A stretch of DNA of 64,000 nt, from assembly GCF_009914755.1 (NCBI RefSeq), contig NC_060936.1, one strand, 5' to 3'. The position numbers were made by a program, and so were the translations under genes. This document shows positions 16,098-29,879 of the stretch, in pieces. The DNA is from the human T2T-CHM13v2.0 reference genome, Homo sapiens. Numbering within the stretch: the first letter of the stretch is position 1; each line of letters begins with the position of its first letter. The notes beneath the pieces were generated by a model. The model saw only the letters and a program-made list of their open reading frames with translations. It had not been told where the DNA came from and ran no database searches.

Positions 16098-17809
16098 CCT
16101 TTTCTTCCCAGCCTCATTTCCCTCTCTTCCTTACCCTTCTGCTTAGCATTGATTCCTTCCCCATCAAAACAGCATTTACCAGATAAACTTTGCCTCAGTC
16201 TCTATTTTCTAAAGAATCCACGCTGTGATATCCTCTGCCACTTTTGAAGGTAAAGGCTTAAGAAGGAATTCCCTTTCCTTTTTTGGTTGCTACTGATAAA
16301 TTTTGCTTTTTCCCATTTTCAAAAATTTCATTAATTACTGAATGAAATGGGATGCAGTAAATGGAAGATTCTGAGTGTAGTTTTATTTTGCCATTATCAC
16401 CTGGAAATCTCTGATTATATTTGACTGTATGTTTACATGTTGGTCACCTTCACTAGACTGTCAGCTTTCTAGAGACAGCTGTCTTTTAGGTATGTTTGTC
16501 CTGCCCCATTGATAGTGAGGGTAGATGGTAGGTGTCTAGCATCTTGTACTGTGCGTAACAGATAGGAAGCGATCAAGAAATATTTTCCAAATGAATGATT
16601 CTTTAGCAAGCATATAAAGGATTCCTACAGAGAGCACAATAACTAGGAAATTATCTCCCATTCCTACAAATAACTGAATGAGAGGAAATAGGTGTATAGT
16701 ACACAAAGATTATGTTAAGTATAAGAAAAATATTACCAGACCAAATAATGATTTTCTTCCTGAAAATTTTTAAGAATAGAAGACTTTGCAACTGTAGAAA
16801 AAATTACAGCAGTGTTATTGCAATGTAGGAAAAATGCTAGGTACCACTAATGTTTCCTTCCTGCTGTAAGAATCGTTGCTTCTGCATACACACAGAAAGG
16901 AATAAAGGTTTTATCTACTGTTGGCAGAACCTGGAACTTTCTGGAAAGGAGAGATTAGGACAAGAAGGGACTTCTCCTTCTAAATTAACTGAGTGTTGAA
17001 ACAAATAAGATAAAGGGCTGGAGATTAATCCTTGCTTCCTAAAAACTATTCACAGTAGGGATTAGCCCATCCCCTTCTGCTTTTCCATTTCTTTCAAAAG
17101 TGAAAGAGATGTAAATAATCAAGAATAGTGTCTTGTACCCTGTGGGCACAGCACCTTCCAAAATATATATAGATTTGTAATATCATAACAAATCGCACAC
17201 ATAAAAATACAATACCTATCTCTGAAATATATTTGCATTACGTAGCTGAAGCAAGATGAGTAAGAAAAAAATTGCTGCATAAAAGTCTAAAACGTGAAAA
17301 CTAGGGGAATAATTCAGAAAAACTATTAAAAGATATACTCTGTAAGAATATATTCTTCAAGGTCCTTGTAAAAAGAAAGTTATTTTTAAATGTAGCAACT
17401 TTTATCATTTTATTTAAGTTTAGAGAAAACTTTGCCTTTGATTGGAAAATTATTTTTCCCCATGCCTTAGGCTGTATAGAATATTAACAATAGTCACTGT
17501 AATGCAAAGGGAAGCATGAAAAGGATTTGCCTTTTTGTCCTGCTTTATAATCTTCCACATTATTTGAATAAAATAAAATGACAATGAGTTTGAGAGGTTT
17601 TCAAACTGACTACAGATTACAGACAAACACAAGACTGGCGTGTGTGTACCTCTCTGCCTGCTGGTGTTGAATTCTGTCAAACAAACTCCAAAGATGAAAG
17701 TTCAATTTTGAGTGTCAGCTTTAAATCTAAACTCCTACTTATGTGACAGTTCTACTCAGCTTGGACCTCCAGATTGAAGTCCACTGGTTAGTACACTGCA
17801 CTATGAGCA

Positions 17810-17985
17810 GCACAGCCTGGTGGTAAAAGCCCAGATCTTCATAGAGCTTAAGTCCTGGCACAGTCATTTACTAACACTGTGACCTTGAGTAAGGTACTTC
17901 ACGAGCCTCAGTTTCCTCATCTGGAAAATGGTTCTAGCAATTCTTACTTCAGTGGTATGTTGTGAGAATTAAATGAAATAATTAG
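17810..17985 (+). mobile_element. MIR
   Basis: Core gtgaccttgagtaag...cctcagtttcctcatctggaaaatgg. Confidence 0.75.
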
Positions 17986-19276
17986 TATAAATAATATATA
18001 TTTTCATATTACTACTTTATAGTTTATTATATTATTAATAAACATTACTTATATTTATATTAAATATAAATATGAATATGAATTATATGAAATACAAATA
18101 TTTCCTAATTTACACAGTCTGTACAATGTAGACCTTTTAAGTATAGTCTCAACCTGCCTACTAGGATTCTATTTATTTGTTTATCCTAAAATTATGAAGT
18201 CTAACCTCGAGGCACTTATTGCAACTTGGAGGGAAGCTGCTGTGCACATCTAGCTAGAGAACTAATAAGATCAGTCCTGGAGTGACATAAATCTGTACTA
18301 GCAAGTAAACTGTAGCATGAAGAAATGGTTTATGAAATTATTAACTTGTGTTTCATTTTAGCAGTACTTTTTCTCCCCATTGTTTCAAGATGTTTCAGGA
18401 TGTCCCCTTTATTTCAACAGATGTTTGTGAAGGCTCTCTGAAAAGCAGTAGGTCTCAGCAGACTAATTTATCTCCAGGTTTTACCTCCAGAAATCTAATC
18501 TTTTTAAGGAAATTATGTGAGGGGGTACAAGACAAAGGGGCTTGCATATGAAGGCCACGAGGGAAAAGAGGCAAATTCACCAAGGCTAGAGTAGGGGGTA
18601 TTAGCTTTAAGGCATTAGGAGGAGATAGAGATTTGGTGCTCAGCCTTGAGTCTACACTCCCAATACCCTAGAGAAAAGAAAGGACATTTAAAGGAAAATG
18701 AATATGTAGAGCACCTCAGGAGACTATCTGTATCTGTAGACTACAAGGTTCCTGAGCCCTACAAAGATGTCCCACATGCACTAAAAGAAATAATAGAAGG
18801 ACAAGAATTTTGGCAGACTTTGGGTTTGAACAATTGGGCTTCCATCTCCACAGAAACAAAGACTCAAACACCTTTCTCAAATAGCTTTTCTCTGCCTGAA
18901 ACAATCTTGGCATGACACTGAGAGTAGAAAGAGGAGTACTGCAGTAGCAATTGAGAAAGGTTTTTACACCTGAGATAGGGGCTAACAGATTTGATTTGTT
19001 TTAAAGGAAATAAAGTAATGCAATACTTCCCATATAGCCATGATTTAGATTAGAATGGAGTCTTATGAAATCCACAGAGTTTAACGAGTGATGAAGTGAT
19101 CAGACTTAGTAGGAAAAGATTGAGGAGAAATTTGGTAAACATTATCGAATCCAAAAAATGTGGTAAACTGGTTGAGAAAAGGTTTGTGCACAATTTGGAA
19201 CCAAAGTAAGAATAAAGTCTACTGAGTCAAAATTAAGCAAAAGAAGACTAGATAGTAATAAAGCTTTGTGGTCATG

Positions 19277-20190
19277 GTGTGGTATGCAGAACAATAGTTC
19301 TCAAAATTGTTCATGTCCAATCCTTGGAACCTGTGAATGTTACTTTCTATGGCAAAAGGAATTTTGCTGATGAGATAAAGATTAAGAACTTTGATAAACA
19401 CTACATGCTCTCACTCACATGCTAAAGCTAAGAGAAGGTTGATCTCACAGAAGTAAAAAGTAAAACAGAGGTTACTAGAGGCTGAGAAGAGTAGGAGGAG
19501 ATAGGGGATAGGGAGAGATTTGTTAAAGGACACAAAATTACAGCTAGATAGGATGAATGGATTCTAGCATTTCATAGCACTGTAGGATGACTAGAGTTAA
19601 CAATAATATATTATACATTTTCAAACACCTGGAAGAGCATATTGAATGTTTCCAACACAAAGAAATGATACATGTTTGAGATGATGGATATGCTAATTAT
19701 GCTGATCTAATCATTATGCATTGTAGGTACTGAAACATCACTTTATACCCTATAAATATGTACAATTATTATGTGTCAATTTTTTTTTAAAAAAAATTAA
19801 GACCTCTGAGATAGGAAGAATATCCTGGATTATCCAGGTGGGTGCAATCCAAAAACATGAATCCTTAAAAGAATGAAACCTTTCCCAGTTATGTTCAGAA
19901 AGATGTGAAGCTGAAAGAAGGTCAGAGAGAGATACAAAAAACATTGCTGACTTTGAAGTCAAGGAAAGGGGCCATGAGCCAAGGAGTGTGGGAGCTGGAA
20001 AGGAGAGTAAAGGGTTTCTCCCCCAGAGCTTCCAGAAAGAAAGGCAGTTCTGCCAGTACCTTGATTTTCATCCAGTGAGCCTCATGTCAGATTCCTAACT
20101 TACACAACTGTATGATAATAATAAATTCATGCTGTTTTTCAGCGACTACATTTGTGGTAAATTTGTTATGGCAGAAACAGAAAACTAACC
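19277..20190 (+). mobile_element. MLT1 (MaLR) LTR interrupted by an L1MA 3' fragment (about 19398-19797)
   Basis: tgtggtatgcagaacaat start and ggattatccaggtggg; L1MA 3'UTR flanked by a decayed TSD attaaga.ct.tga.a. Confidence 0.75.
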
Positions 20191-20199
20191 TGCATGATT

Positions 20200-20312
20200 A
20201 ACCTGCAAGAGTTCTAAGTATTCCTACTGATGTAATTCCTACTTATTCCTATTAATGACTTCTAAGTATTCCTACTGAGTAATCTGCAAGAATTCTAAGT
20301 ATTCTTACTGAT
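20200..20312. repeat. Short degenerate repeat, three copies of ttctaagtattc(c/t)tactga
   Basis: Read directly from the sequence. Confidence 0.8.
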
Positions 20313-20389
20313 GGCATGGTACCAATTACAGGGCAAGTGAGAAGTAGTTTGTGGTTGCCCCTCTCAGAGTTGGGAAGCACCCTTCTCAA

Positions 20390-21137
<748 letters not shown>

Positions 21138-21213
21138 TAACTTCTTTTAAAATAGTTTGCTAAACATACACAGATGTACTGTTTTCTCTGGAATTTAATA
21201 CTATTACCTTATA

Positions 21214-23589
21214 CAGGTATACCTTATTTTATTGCACCTTGCTTTGTAGATACTGCATTTTTTACAAATTGAAGGTTTATGGCAACCCTGCATGGAGCAA
21301 GTCTACTGGTGCCATTTTTCCAACAGCATGTGCTCATGTCATGTCTCAGTCACATTTTGGTAATTCTCATAATATTTCAAACATTTTCATTATTATTACA
21401 TCTGTTATGGTGATTTGTGATCAGGGGTCTTTGATGTTAGTATTGTAATTATTTGGGGGTACCACAAGCCGTGCCTATATAAGAGAGCAAACTTAATTGA
21501 TAAATGTTGTGGGTGTTCTGACCCACTGACCAGCTATTCCCCCTTTTCTCTCCCTCTCCTTAGGTCTCCCTATTCCTTGAGACATGGTAATATTGAAATT
21601 TGGCCAATTAATGGCCCTACAATGTCCTCTAAATATTCAAGTGAAAGGATGAGTCACACATCTCTCACTTTAAATCAAAAGCTTGAAATGATTTAGCTTA
21701 GTGAGAAAGGCAAGTCAAATGCTGATACAGGCCAAATGCTAGGCCTCTTGTGCCAAACAGTTAGCCAATGTGTAAACGCAAAGGAAAAGTTTATGAAGGA
21801 TATTAGAATTGTTACTCCAGTGAACACATGAATGATAAGAAAGCTAAACAGCTTTATTGTTGATATTTGAGAAATGTGAGAAATCTGGATACAAGATCAA
21901 ACCAGCCACAACATTCCCTTAAGTCAAACCCTATTCCAGAGCAAGGCCCTAACTCTCTTCAATTCTCTGAAGGCTGAGTGAGGTGAAGAAGCTGCAGAAG
22001 AAAAGTTTGAAGCCAGCAGAGAAGATTTAAGGAAATAAGTCATCTTCATAACATAAAAGTGTAAGGTGAAGCATCAAGTGCTGATGGAGAAGCTGCAGCA
22101 AGTTATACAGAAGATATACCTAAGGTAATTGATAAAGGTAGATTCATCAAACAATAGATTTTCAGTCTTCTATTTTCCAATTTTCTGTTGGAAGAAGATG
22201 TCATCTAGGACTTTCACAGCTAAAGAGGAGAAATCAATGCTTGGCTTCAAAGCTTCAAAGCACAAGCTGACTCTTGTTAGGACTTAATGAGCTGGTGACT
22301 TTAAGTTGAAGCTAATTCTCATTTCCCATTTCAAAAACCCTAGAGCCCTTAAGAATTTTGCAAAATCTACTCTAAATCTACTCTATGCTAAATCTGCTCT
22401 GTAAATGGAACAACAAAGCCTGGATGAGAGCACATCTGTTTACAGCATGACTTACTATTTCAAGCTGCTGAGACCAACTTCTCAGAAAAAAAGATTTCTT
22501 TCAAAATATTACTGCTCATTGATAATGCACCTGGTCACCCAAGACCTCCGATGAAGATATACAAGAAGATTAATGTTGTTTTTCATGCCTGCTAACACAA
22601 CATCTATTCTTGAGCCCATGGATCAAGGAGTGATTTCAACTTTCAAATCTTCTTATTGAAAGAGTACATTTCATAGTTATAGCTTCTATAGATTGTGATT
22701 CCTCTGCTGGATCTGGGCAAAGTAAATTGAAAGACTTCTGGACCCCCCATTCTAGACTCTAGTAAGAATATTTGTGATTCATGGGAGAAGGTCAAGATAT
22801 CAACATTAATAGGAGTTTGGAATAAGTTAATTCCAATCCTCATGGATGACATTGAGGGGTTCAAGACATCAGTGGCAGAAATAACCACAGATATGGTGCT
22901 AAAAACAAAAACTAGAATTAGAAGTGGAGCCTGAAGGTGCGACTAAATTGATGCAATCTCATGATCAAACTTGAATGGATGAGATGTTGCTTCTTATGGA
23001 TGAGCAAAGAAAGTAGTTTCTTGAGATATAATCTACTCTTGGTGAACATGCTGGAAACATTGTTGACATGATAAGAAAGGATTTAGAATATTACACAAAC
23101 CTAGTTGATAAAGCAGTAGCAGGGTTTGAGAGGGTTGACTACTCCAATTTTGAAAGAAGTTCTAGTATGGGTAAAATGCTATCAAACAGTATCACAGGTT
23201 ACAGAGAAATCTTTTGTGAAAGGAAGAATAAATTAATATGGAAAACTTCATTGTTGTCTTATTTAAGAAATTGCCACAGCCACCCCAACCTTCAGCAACC
23301 ACCACCTTGATCAGTCAGCAGCCATCAACCTTGAAGCAAGACCAGCAAAAAGATTACAACTTTATGAAGGTTCAGATGATAGCATTTTTTTAGCAATAAA
23401 GTGTTGTTAATTAATAACTTATTTTTTTAGACATAACACTATTGCATACTTCATAACCTATAGTATAGTGTAAACATAACTTTTGTATGCTCTGGAAAAC
23501 AAAAAAATTCATGTGGCTCTCTTTATTGTGATATTTGCTTTATTGCAGTGGTTTGGAACCTAACCCACAATATCTCCAAGGCCTACCTA
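21214..23589 (+). mobile_element. Tigger1 DNA transposon, near full length (about 2.4 kb), transposase decayed
   Basis: TA-CAGGTATACC start and decayed inverted end followed by TA; internal LLLIDNAPGHP DDE-domain remnant near 22510. Confidence 0.9.
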
Positions 23590-23923
23590 TATTTCATGAA
23601 CTGTTTCTTAGTATATGCCTAGTGTCCCTAACTGCTGTACTTTTTTGAAATTGAAATTCAACTCCTCTTCGTAATAACTCCCCATTCTTCATCTCTGTGC
23701 TAAACACTTGAAATGAGTTGGATGTCGATTAGATTACGGATAGGACTAAATCATATTCTGTAGGATCTTAATCACACTAATAGCATCCTACTATACACAA
23801 GGTCCTAAAATATGAAGACATTTCTTATATATTTTCAACAGTCCTCAAGATTACTATGAGTATAAAAACTGCAATGTGGGAAAGGAGAGGTTGCAGAAAG
23901 ACCAAGATGAAAAGGGTACGTTG

Positions 23924-24260
23924 GGCTGGATGCAGTGGCTCACGCCTGTAATCCCAGCAGTTAGGGAGGCTGAGTCCTAGTTGGGTGGATCTCTTGAGCC
24001 TAGGAGTTCTAGACTAGACTGGGCAGTCTAGTAAAACCCTGTCTCTACAAAAAATAAATAAATAAATAAATAAATACAAAAGTTATCCAGGTATGGTGGT
24101 GAGTGGACCTGTGGGCCTGTGGTTCCAGCTACTCAGAAGGCTAAGGTGGGAGGATTATTTGAGCCCAGGAGATCGAGGCTGCAGTGAGCTATGATTATGC
24201 TATTGCACTCTAGCCTGTGTGACAGAGTGAAACCCTGCCTCAAAAATAGAAAAAAAAAAA
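23924..24260 (+). mobile_element. AluJ
   Basis: Diverged dimer with (TAAA)n linker. Confidence 0.9.
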
Positions 24261-27200
24261 GATATGTTCTGTGCTAAAATCTATAAAACATGCAGCACTG
24301 AAGCAGAACTTGCAACCTCTGGTCAAACACTTGTCTTTCAATAGACCCACTCTTACCTTGCAGTGGAAGAGGTCAAGTACTGCATGTGGCTAGAGATGAT
24401 ATGTCTCCAGCAGCTGTGCTGCTAGGAAAGCATGAGCCTTGGACATGTGCCTAATATTCAAACAAGAGTGGCAGAATTCCAAAAGCCTCTCATCCATGTA
24501 TCTCCTTTGTACCTAGATCCAAAGATTCCCAGTGTTAAATCATATCTCTCAAAACATAACCAGTACATATCACAAAAGCTTGACCTAAACAAGTCTACTC
24601 AAAGACATCTCTTCATATACCACTTTTAACGTGTTCCATTATAGGGATTCACACTGGAAGCTGTCCTCCCCTTATTTTTCTATTTCTTGGCTTTTTCCTT
24701 TGGAATCATGAATTTCAGCTTTTATGACTTTTTAAACTGCATTTTGTTCAACACGGTAGCAAGGATTAGAGTCTAATAGACAAGAAAATCTAATTCTAGT
24801 ACTGGTTTTGCTGCCTTGAAATGTTTGCCTCTCTTTTGGATATGTATCAATAAAATTGAGACATTAGTATCACTTTAAGCTGAATTTATGATACATTTTG
24901 AAGACACATAAGATGCCAAAGGGCTGGTCTCCTTGGAAAGAGGAGAAGGGAGAATTTCGTCCATTTCAAGCATTACTGTTTCTACCATAAACTTTTCCCC
25001 CAACCTGTTATAATTTAGAAGAGAACATGTTTCTAAAGAGCTGTAGGGCCTCTTGACATTTGACCTCAAAATCTACATATTTGGGAATAAGTCTAATGAA
25101 ACGCTTCATGATTTTTTGGTATGTAAAGAACACCTCAGTCACCTTACCTTGGGTATCAGTTATGGTTTAAATTTAACTACATACTTAGCTCAGTTCATGT
25201 TAAAGCCATTTGTAGTACATGTAAAACCATGACACAGGAATCTAGACACTGTGTAATAATTTTCTTACCCCCTGTAGATGAAGGCAGCTACCTCATCATA
25301 TTCTTTCACTTCTGAGAAAACGTTTTAAGCATTAACTATGTCATAATAGAGCCAGCCTGCTCAGCCAGGAAGAAAAAATTTACAAATCTAGATAATTACC
25401 CACTGAAATCCAGCAGTTAATTATAGAACTCCTGTACTTTAACCAGAATATAACTCCTAATTATCTCAAATGCCTAACTTTATACAATCAGAAACAGTTA
25501 CCAATCAAAGAGATTACACAAAACAGTAAAAATCTTAGATGGTTGTATTGTAAAAGAGAGAAAAAAATTTTAATATTGTTTAAAAATAGCATGGGGAATA
25601 GGAATATTCATGGGAGGCTGCATCAGGTCTTTATAGTCTTTAGGCTCAGTATCTTGGTGACACTCACCCTGACTGCAAACAGATTTCTTCAGAACCTTTT
25701 ACAAAAATCTGTTTTAGAAATAATGCATCTGGGAGCTTAACTGGCCTTGTTTCTTTCTTTCATGTTCCAAATTGGCATTAATATTCTCTTTCTTCTTTGA
25801 TTCATCCTCTTTCCTTTTTTTTTCTAAGTTTCACATAGTGATAGATTTGTTCCTTAAAAGAATATGAACCAGAAATAAGGTAGCTAAGCACTAGACTATC
25901 ACTTGTGAAATAATTATTCCAATCAAGGCAAAAATGAGGATTCGCTTTGATAGACAATTGTCTTCATACTCTCAAGACTGAAGATGATGGAAAATTGTTA
26001 TAATAATCATTGGCTATATTAGTTGCTTATTTGCAGTGTTTTTCCAAGTATTTGGAGTTACATGTAAGTCCTCCCAAATTGTTTGTAATAGATACAGTAG
26101 TAGCTATCTTATGTACACTTACTGTATGTCAGTCACTCTGACATATAATATTTTAAATCCTTAACTTGTAAATAGTATTCATATTCCCTGTTCTACAGTC
26201 AAAAGAAGTGAAAGACCTTTGCTGAATTCATAAGAAAAGGAAGTGCTTGAGCCAGGACTGGGAGCCATTGTGACACTAATGCCCATGCTTATTCTCTGTA
26301 TCATGTTGTCATGTTCCTGTGTAATGTGAGCTGACTTTCTGGGCAAATGTTTCTATACTACTGTGTACTATAGGACACGGGTGTCTTATTGCTGAAGTTA
26401 TTGCGTGTGACTTCATGGACTCCCTGACATTTTGATCAAATACAGTTCAGAGAGCAACACTGACATTTTCAAATCCAAAAACCTAAATTTCCTTCTCTCT
26501 ATTCTTCTTCATCCTTTGCTTCAAGAATGCAAACCTCAAATGAATTCTCAATACCACCGGAGAATCCCGCTATGCTTCTTACAAAAATTCACTTTTTGAA
26601 AGTGAATTCTCTCTTCAAACTTCTTACTCCCCAAATTCAATCGCATTCCCCATATCACTCCCACTGATGAAAAATTGTAAAAACTGAATCCTTCCATCTA
26701 TATGCATCTGTACACATTTTCTTCTTCCAGCAACAATAAGAACCTCTGTCTCTACTTTCTCACCTTCCTTTCACTTTTGAACTGACTTCAGTTTGATATC
26801 CATTCCCACTACTCCATTGAAACGAATATTGTCAATCTTTATATTGCTGAACTCTACACACAGTCTCCACTCATTGTATTTGCTATTTGGCAGCATCTGA
26901 TAGAAATGACTATGCAGTCTTCTCAGCTGAGTCATGTATTCCTGCCATTCTTCCTCCCTATCCAATTGCATCAGTTTGGTTTTCCTAGCTGTATATTTTA
27001 TTCTATACAAAGTCTTAATGTTGGGGTGCAGGTTCACTTAGAACTCAGAATTGGGAGGCCCACTTGTTGATTTTACTTTTTAATACTCTGTCATTCTTAG
27101 TACATTGAATCATCCATCCCTTTGGGTTTAGATGCCATTTTTATGCATCTAATTCCCAGTGGGTTTTTTTTTTAATCTCAAGCCCATATGACTTCTCTCT

Positions 27201-27989
27201 AGACCTACATATCTTGCTGCCTACTTGATATTTTCATTTAGATATTTCAGACAATGATAAAAGAGGAAATAATAATTTCACACCATTTATTTTGCCTAAC
27301 AAGTAAAATGTGGAGGAGGGGTCCTTGTCTCCAGGATTCAAGGAAGGTAAGCAGGACTTTATGGAACACCAGTTCTCTGAACTGAATTTTATCGTATTTT
27401 GCTTTTCTCTTTTTTTTAAGGTTTCACTGGGAACTGAATCACTGCAGATGAAAATGGCTGTAATTGCAAAGGAAATGTAAATGAAGGACTATAATCACTC
27501 AAAGTTGAAATCTTCAGCCAAGGGTAAGCCTCTTTTACTCTGACTGCAAAACTCTACTTCTCAATTAAATTTTCATGACTTTTCCATCTTGTAGCATTTT
27601 TTATTGTAGACTAGTTACAGAAATAGCAAAAATTATGGAAACTAAAGTGAACACACCTTGTAGCCAAAGGGAAGAATTCAGTCATCTAAGAGTCAGCTGC
27701 AACACCATAACCTGCCTCCTTGGAAGGACAGTCTATGAAGAGAATCTCTGGTTCCTCCCTAGACAAGTAAGGACACAATTCTCAGACATTCCAAGGCCTT
27801 CCCACTGAAGGAGTACAGTAGGCACACATAGGTATTCTGAGTTTTCTGGATTATTTTTAGATTGGTGAGCTATGAACTACTTATTGCTGAGTTTATATTT
27901 TCCTAAGACAAACTGACAGCAGTAAGGAGACTTTTCCTTACAGGATGTGAAAATGCTTCAAAACCATTTGGCATTTTCAGTGTATTTAC

Positions 27990-28074
27990 CAGGTACATAG
28001 GGTGGGTAGTTTAGAGTATTCTCTTCACATCTTGGGTATTGGCCTGTCCCAAAATTGGCTGGTTCATTCATATC
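27990..28074 (-). pseudogene. GH31 pseudo-exon E (85 nt): DMNEPANFGTGQYPRCEENTLNYPPYVP, containing the catalytic nucleophile Asp
   Basis: Acceptor tttttatgtaag, donor gtaaat; frame open; DMNE and LNYPPY motifs. Confidence 0.95.
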
Positions 28075-28329
28075 CTTACATAAAAATAGAAACTCAATGA
28101 GTAATAATGGGCATAGTTTTCTTACTTCCCATTGAGGTAACAGAACAGATAAAGATCACTCATTCAACAGATATATTTTGATTATCTAAATGTGTGAGAT
28201 GGTAAGTTAGAAGCTCTATGAGGCATGGCAATAAACAACATTGTGTCCCTGGTCTTGAGTAGCATACACTGGCAAATTAGCAACAGTTTCACAAAGCTAT
28301 AAATGTCATTGCACAAGAATAGATACCAC

Positions 28330-29340
28330 CCATTTCTGTTCTGTGAATGGCAATTCAAATTTTCCAGTGGCTATGGACATACATCATTTTTAATTTCTTT
28401 TTCTTGAAGCTCACCATCTAATCTGTCAACCAATCCTGTTAATTCTATATTTAAAATACATGCAGAATCTGACCACATGTCATTCACTCTGTTGCCACTA
28501 TCTCAGGCCACCACCATTTTCTTTTGCCTGGACTGTTGTAATAGCATCTACTTAATTTGCCTCTCTTTTCAATAGGGACCTGAAATGGATTTATCTGGAA
28601 GCTAATAAAGTTGAAGTTTCATGACTGCTTTTTGCGTGACCTCCTCCATAATTGTATGCCTACTTTTCCATTTGTAATTTTTAAATATTTTTTCTTAAAC
28701 AGAGTTGTTCAAATTGTAGAAAGCTTTAACAAAACCTGGATTCACCTCTGTCTTCACACTGTTTTTGCTCCCTATAGTCTATTCTCAATATAGCAACCAG
28801 AGCGATCCTTTTAAAACTTTTGCTTAAAACCCACCAGTGGTTTTCTATTTCACTCAGAGCAAAAGCCAAAGATCTTGCAATGGTCTGCAATGCTGCCTCT
28901 ATATCTCTGTGACCTTTTCCTCTACGGTTGTCACCCCTGAGTACTCTGCTGTAGCTCTACTGGCTTTCTTGCCATTCCTAGAAAATGCCAGGCATGTTCT
29001 GCTTTGAATTTTTGTATTTGCTCTTTCCTTTCGTGAATACTCTTCCCTCAAATATATCCATGGTCCAGCCTCTGGCCTTTGTTACCAATTATCACCTTCT
29101 CTGACCACCCTATTTAAATTTCAATCTTGTTTAAGTTTTCAAACTTCCTACTCCACCTCCTAGATAATTTTTCTTTTTGGCAGTTACAATCATCCAACGT
29201 ACTCTATGTTTTACTTACTTATTTTGTTTATTTTCTATATCTCCAACTAAAATGTCAGCTCCATGAAGGTAAGAGTTTTTCTAAGTGTATCCCTAATGCC
29301 TCCTGGCACAGAGTAGGTGCTCAATAAATACTTATTTGTT
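28330..29340 (+). mobile_element. L2 3' region
   Basis: Ends cctggcacagagtaggtgctcaataaata. Confidence 0.7.
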
Positions 29341-29540
29341 GTACTAAAAGAAAAGAGGAGTTACTTCTAGTAAGAGTGCCAGTGAAGGCTGTGTGGCGAA
29401 GTTGGTATGGAGGCTGCATGTTGACGGGCTCATAGAAGTTGAAGTGTTAGGAGGGAAAAAAAGCTGAAAAAAGACAAGTGGATGAACACTGCACTTTTTC
29501 ACCAAGGACAAATATTTTTAAATAATAAGGTTAGACTTAC

Positions 29541-29657
29541 AATCCAGATCCTATCATAATCAAGGATGTTCTTAAATTCCTTGTACATCTGGATCCACCA
29601 ATCTACTGTTTGGGGTTTGGTGTAGTCTGAAAACACTGATCCTCCTGGAGACCAGTC
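29541..29657 (-). pseudogene. GH31 pseudo-exon D (117 nt): DWSPGGSVFSDYTKPQTVDWWIQMYKEFKNILDYDRIWI
   Basis: Acceptor ttgtag, donor gtaagt; frame open; matches the VWPG..V.PDFT.P...WW...DGLWI block. Confidence 0.93.
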
Positions 29658-29879
29658 CTACAATAGATAAGTAAGTCAAACTAAATAATGCAACCCAGCT
29701 AATATGGTATAGAAATCTCTGTAGTTGGGTTTCATTTTGCATTTTGAGCCATACAAACAAAAATTGAGAGCTAGTAAAATTAAATAACTTTACCAAGTAC
29801 ATAGTATAAGCATATAGCAAGTTCATTGTTGAATGGGAATAGAATCCCAGTCCAGTGTTCTTTCAGCCATGAAATTGTA

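Noticed and set aside
20200-20312. Repeat-spacer-like pattern
   Set aside because: Three irregular copies whose spacers derive from the repeat itself; slippage in primate DNA, not CRISPR.
26586-26608. 10-bp hairpin (a 9-bp one also lies at 49404-49425)
   Set aside because: Too short to separate from chance in AT-rich DNA.
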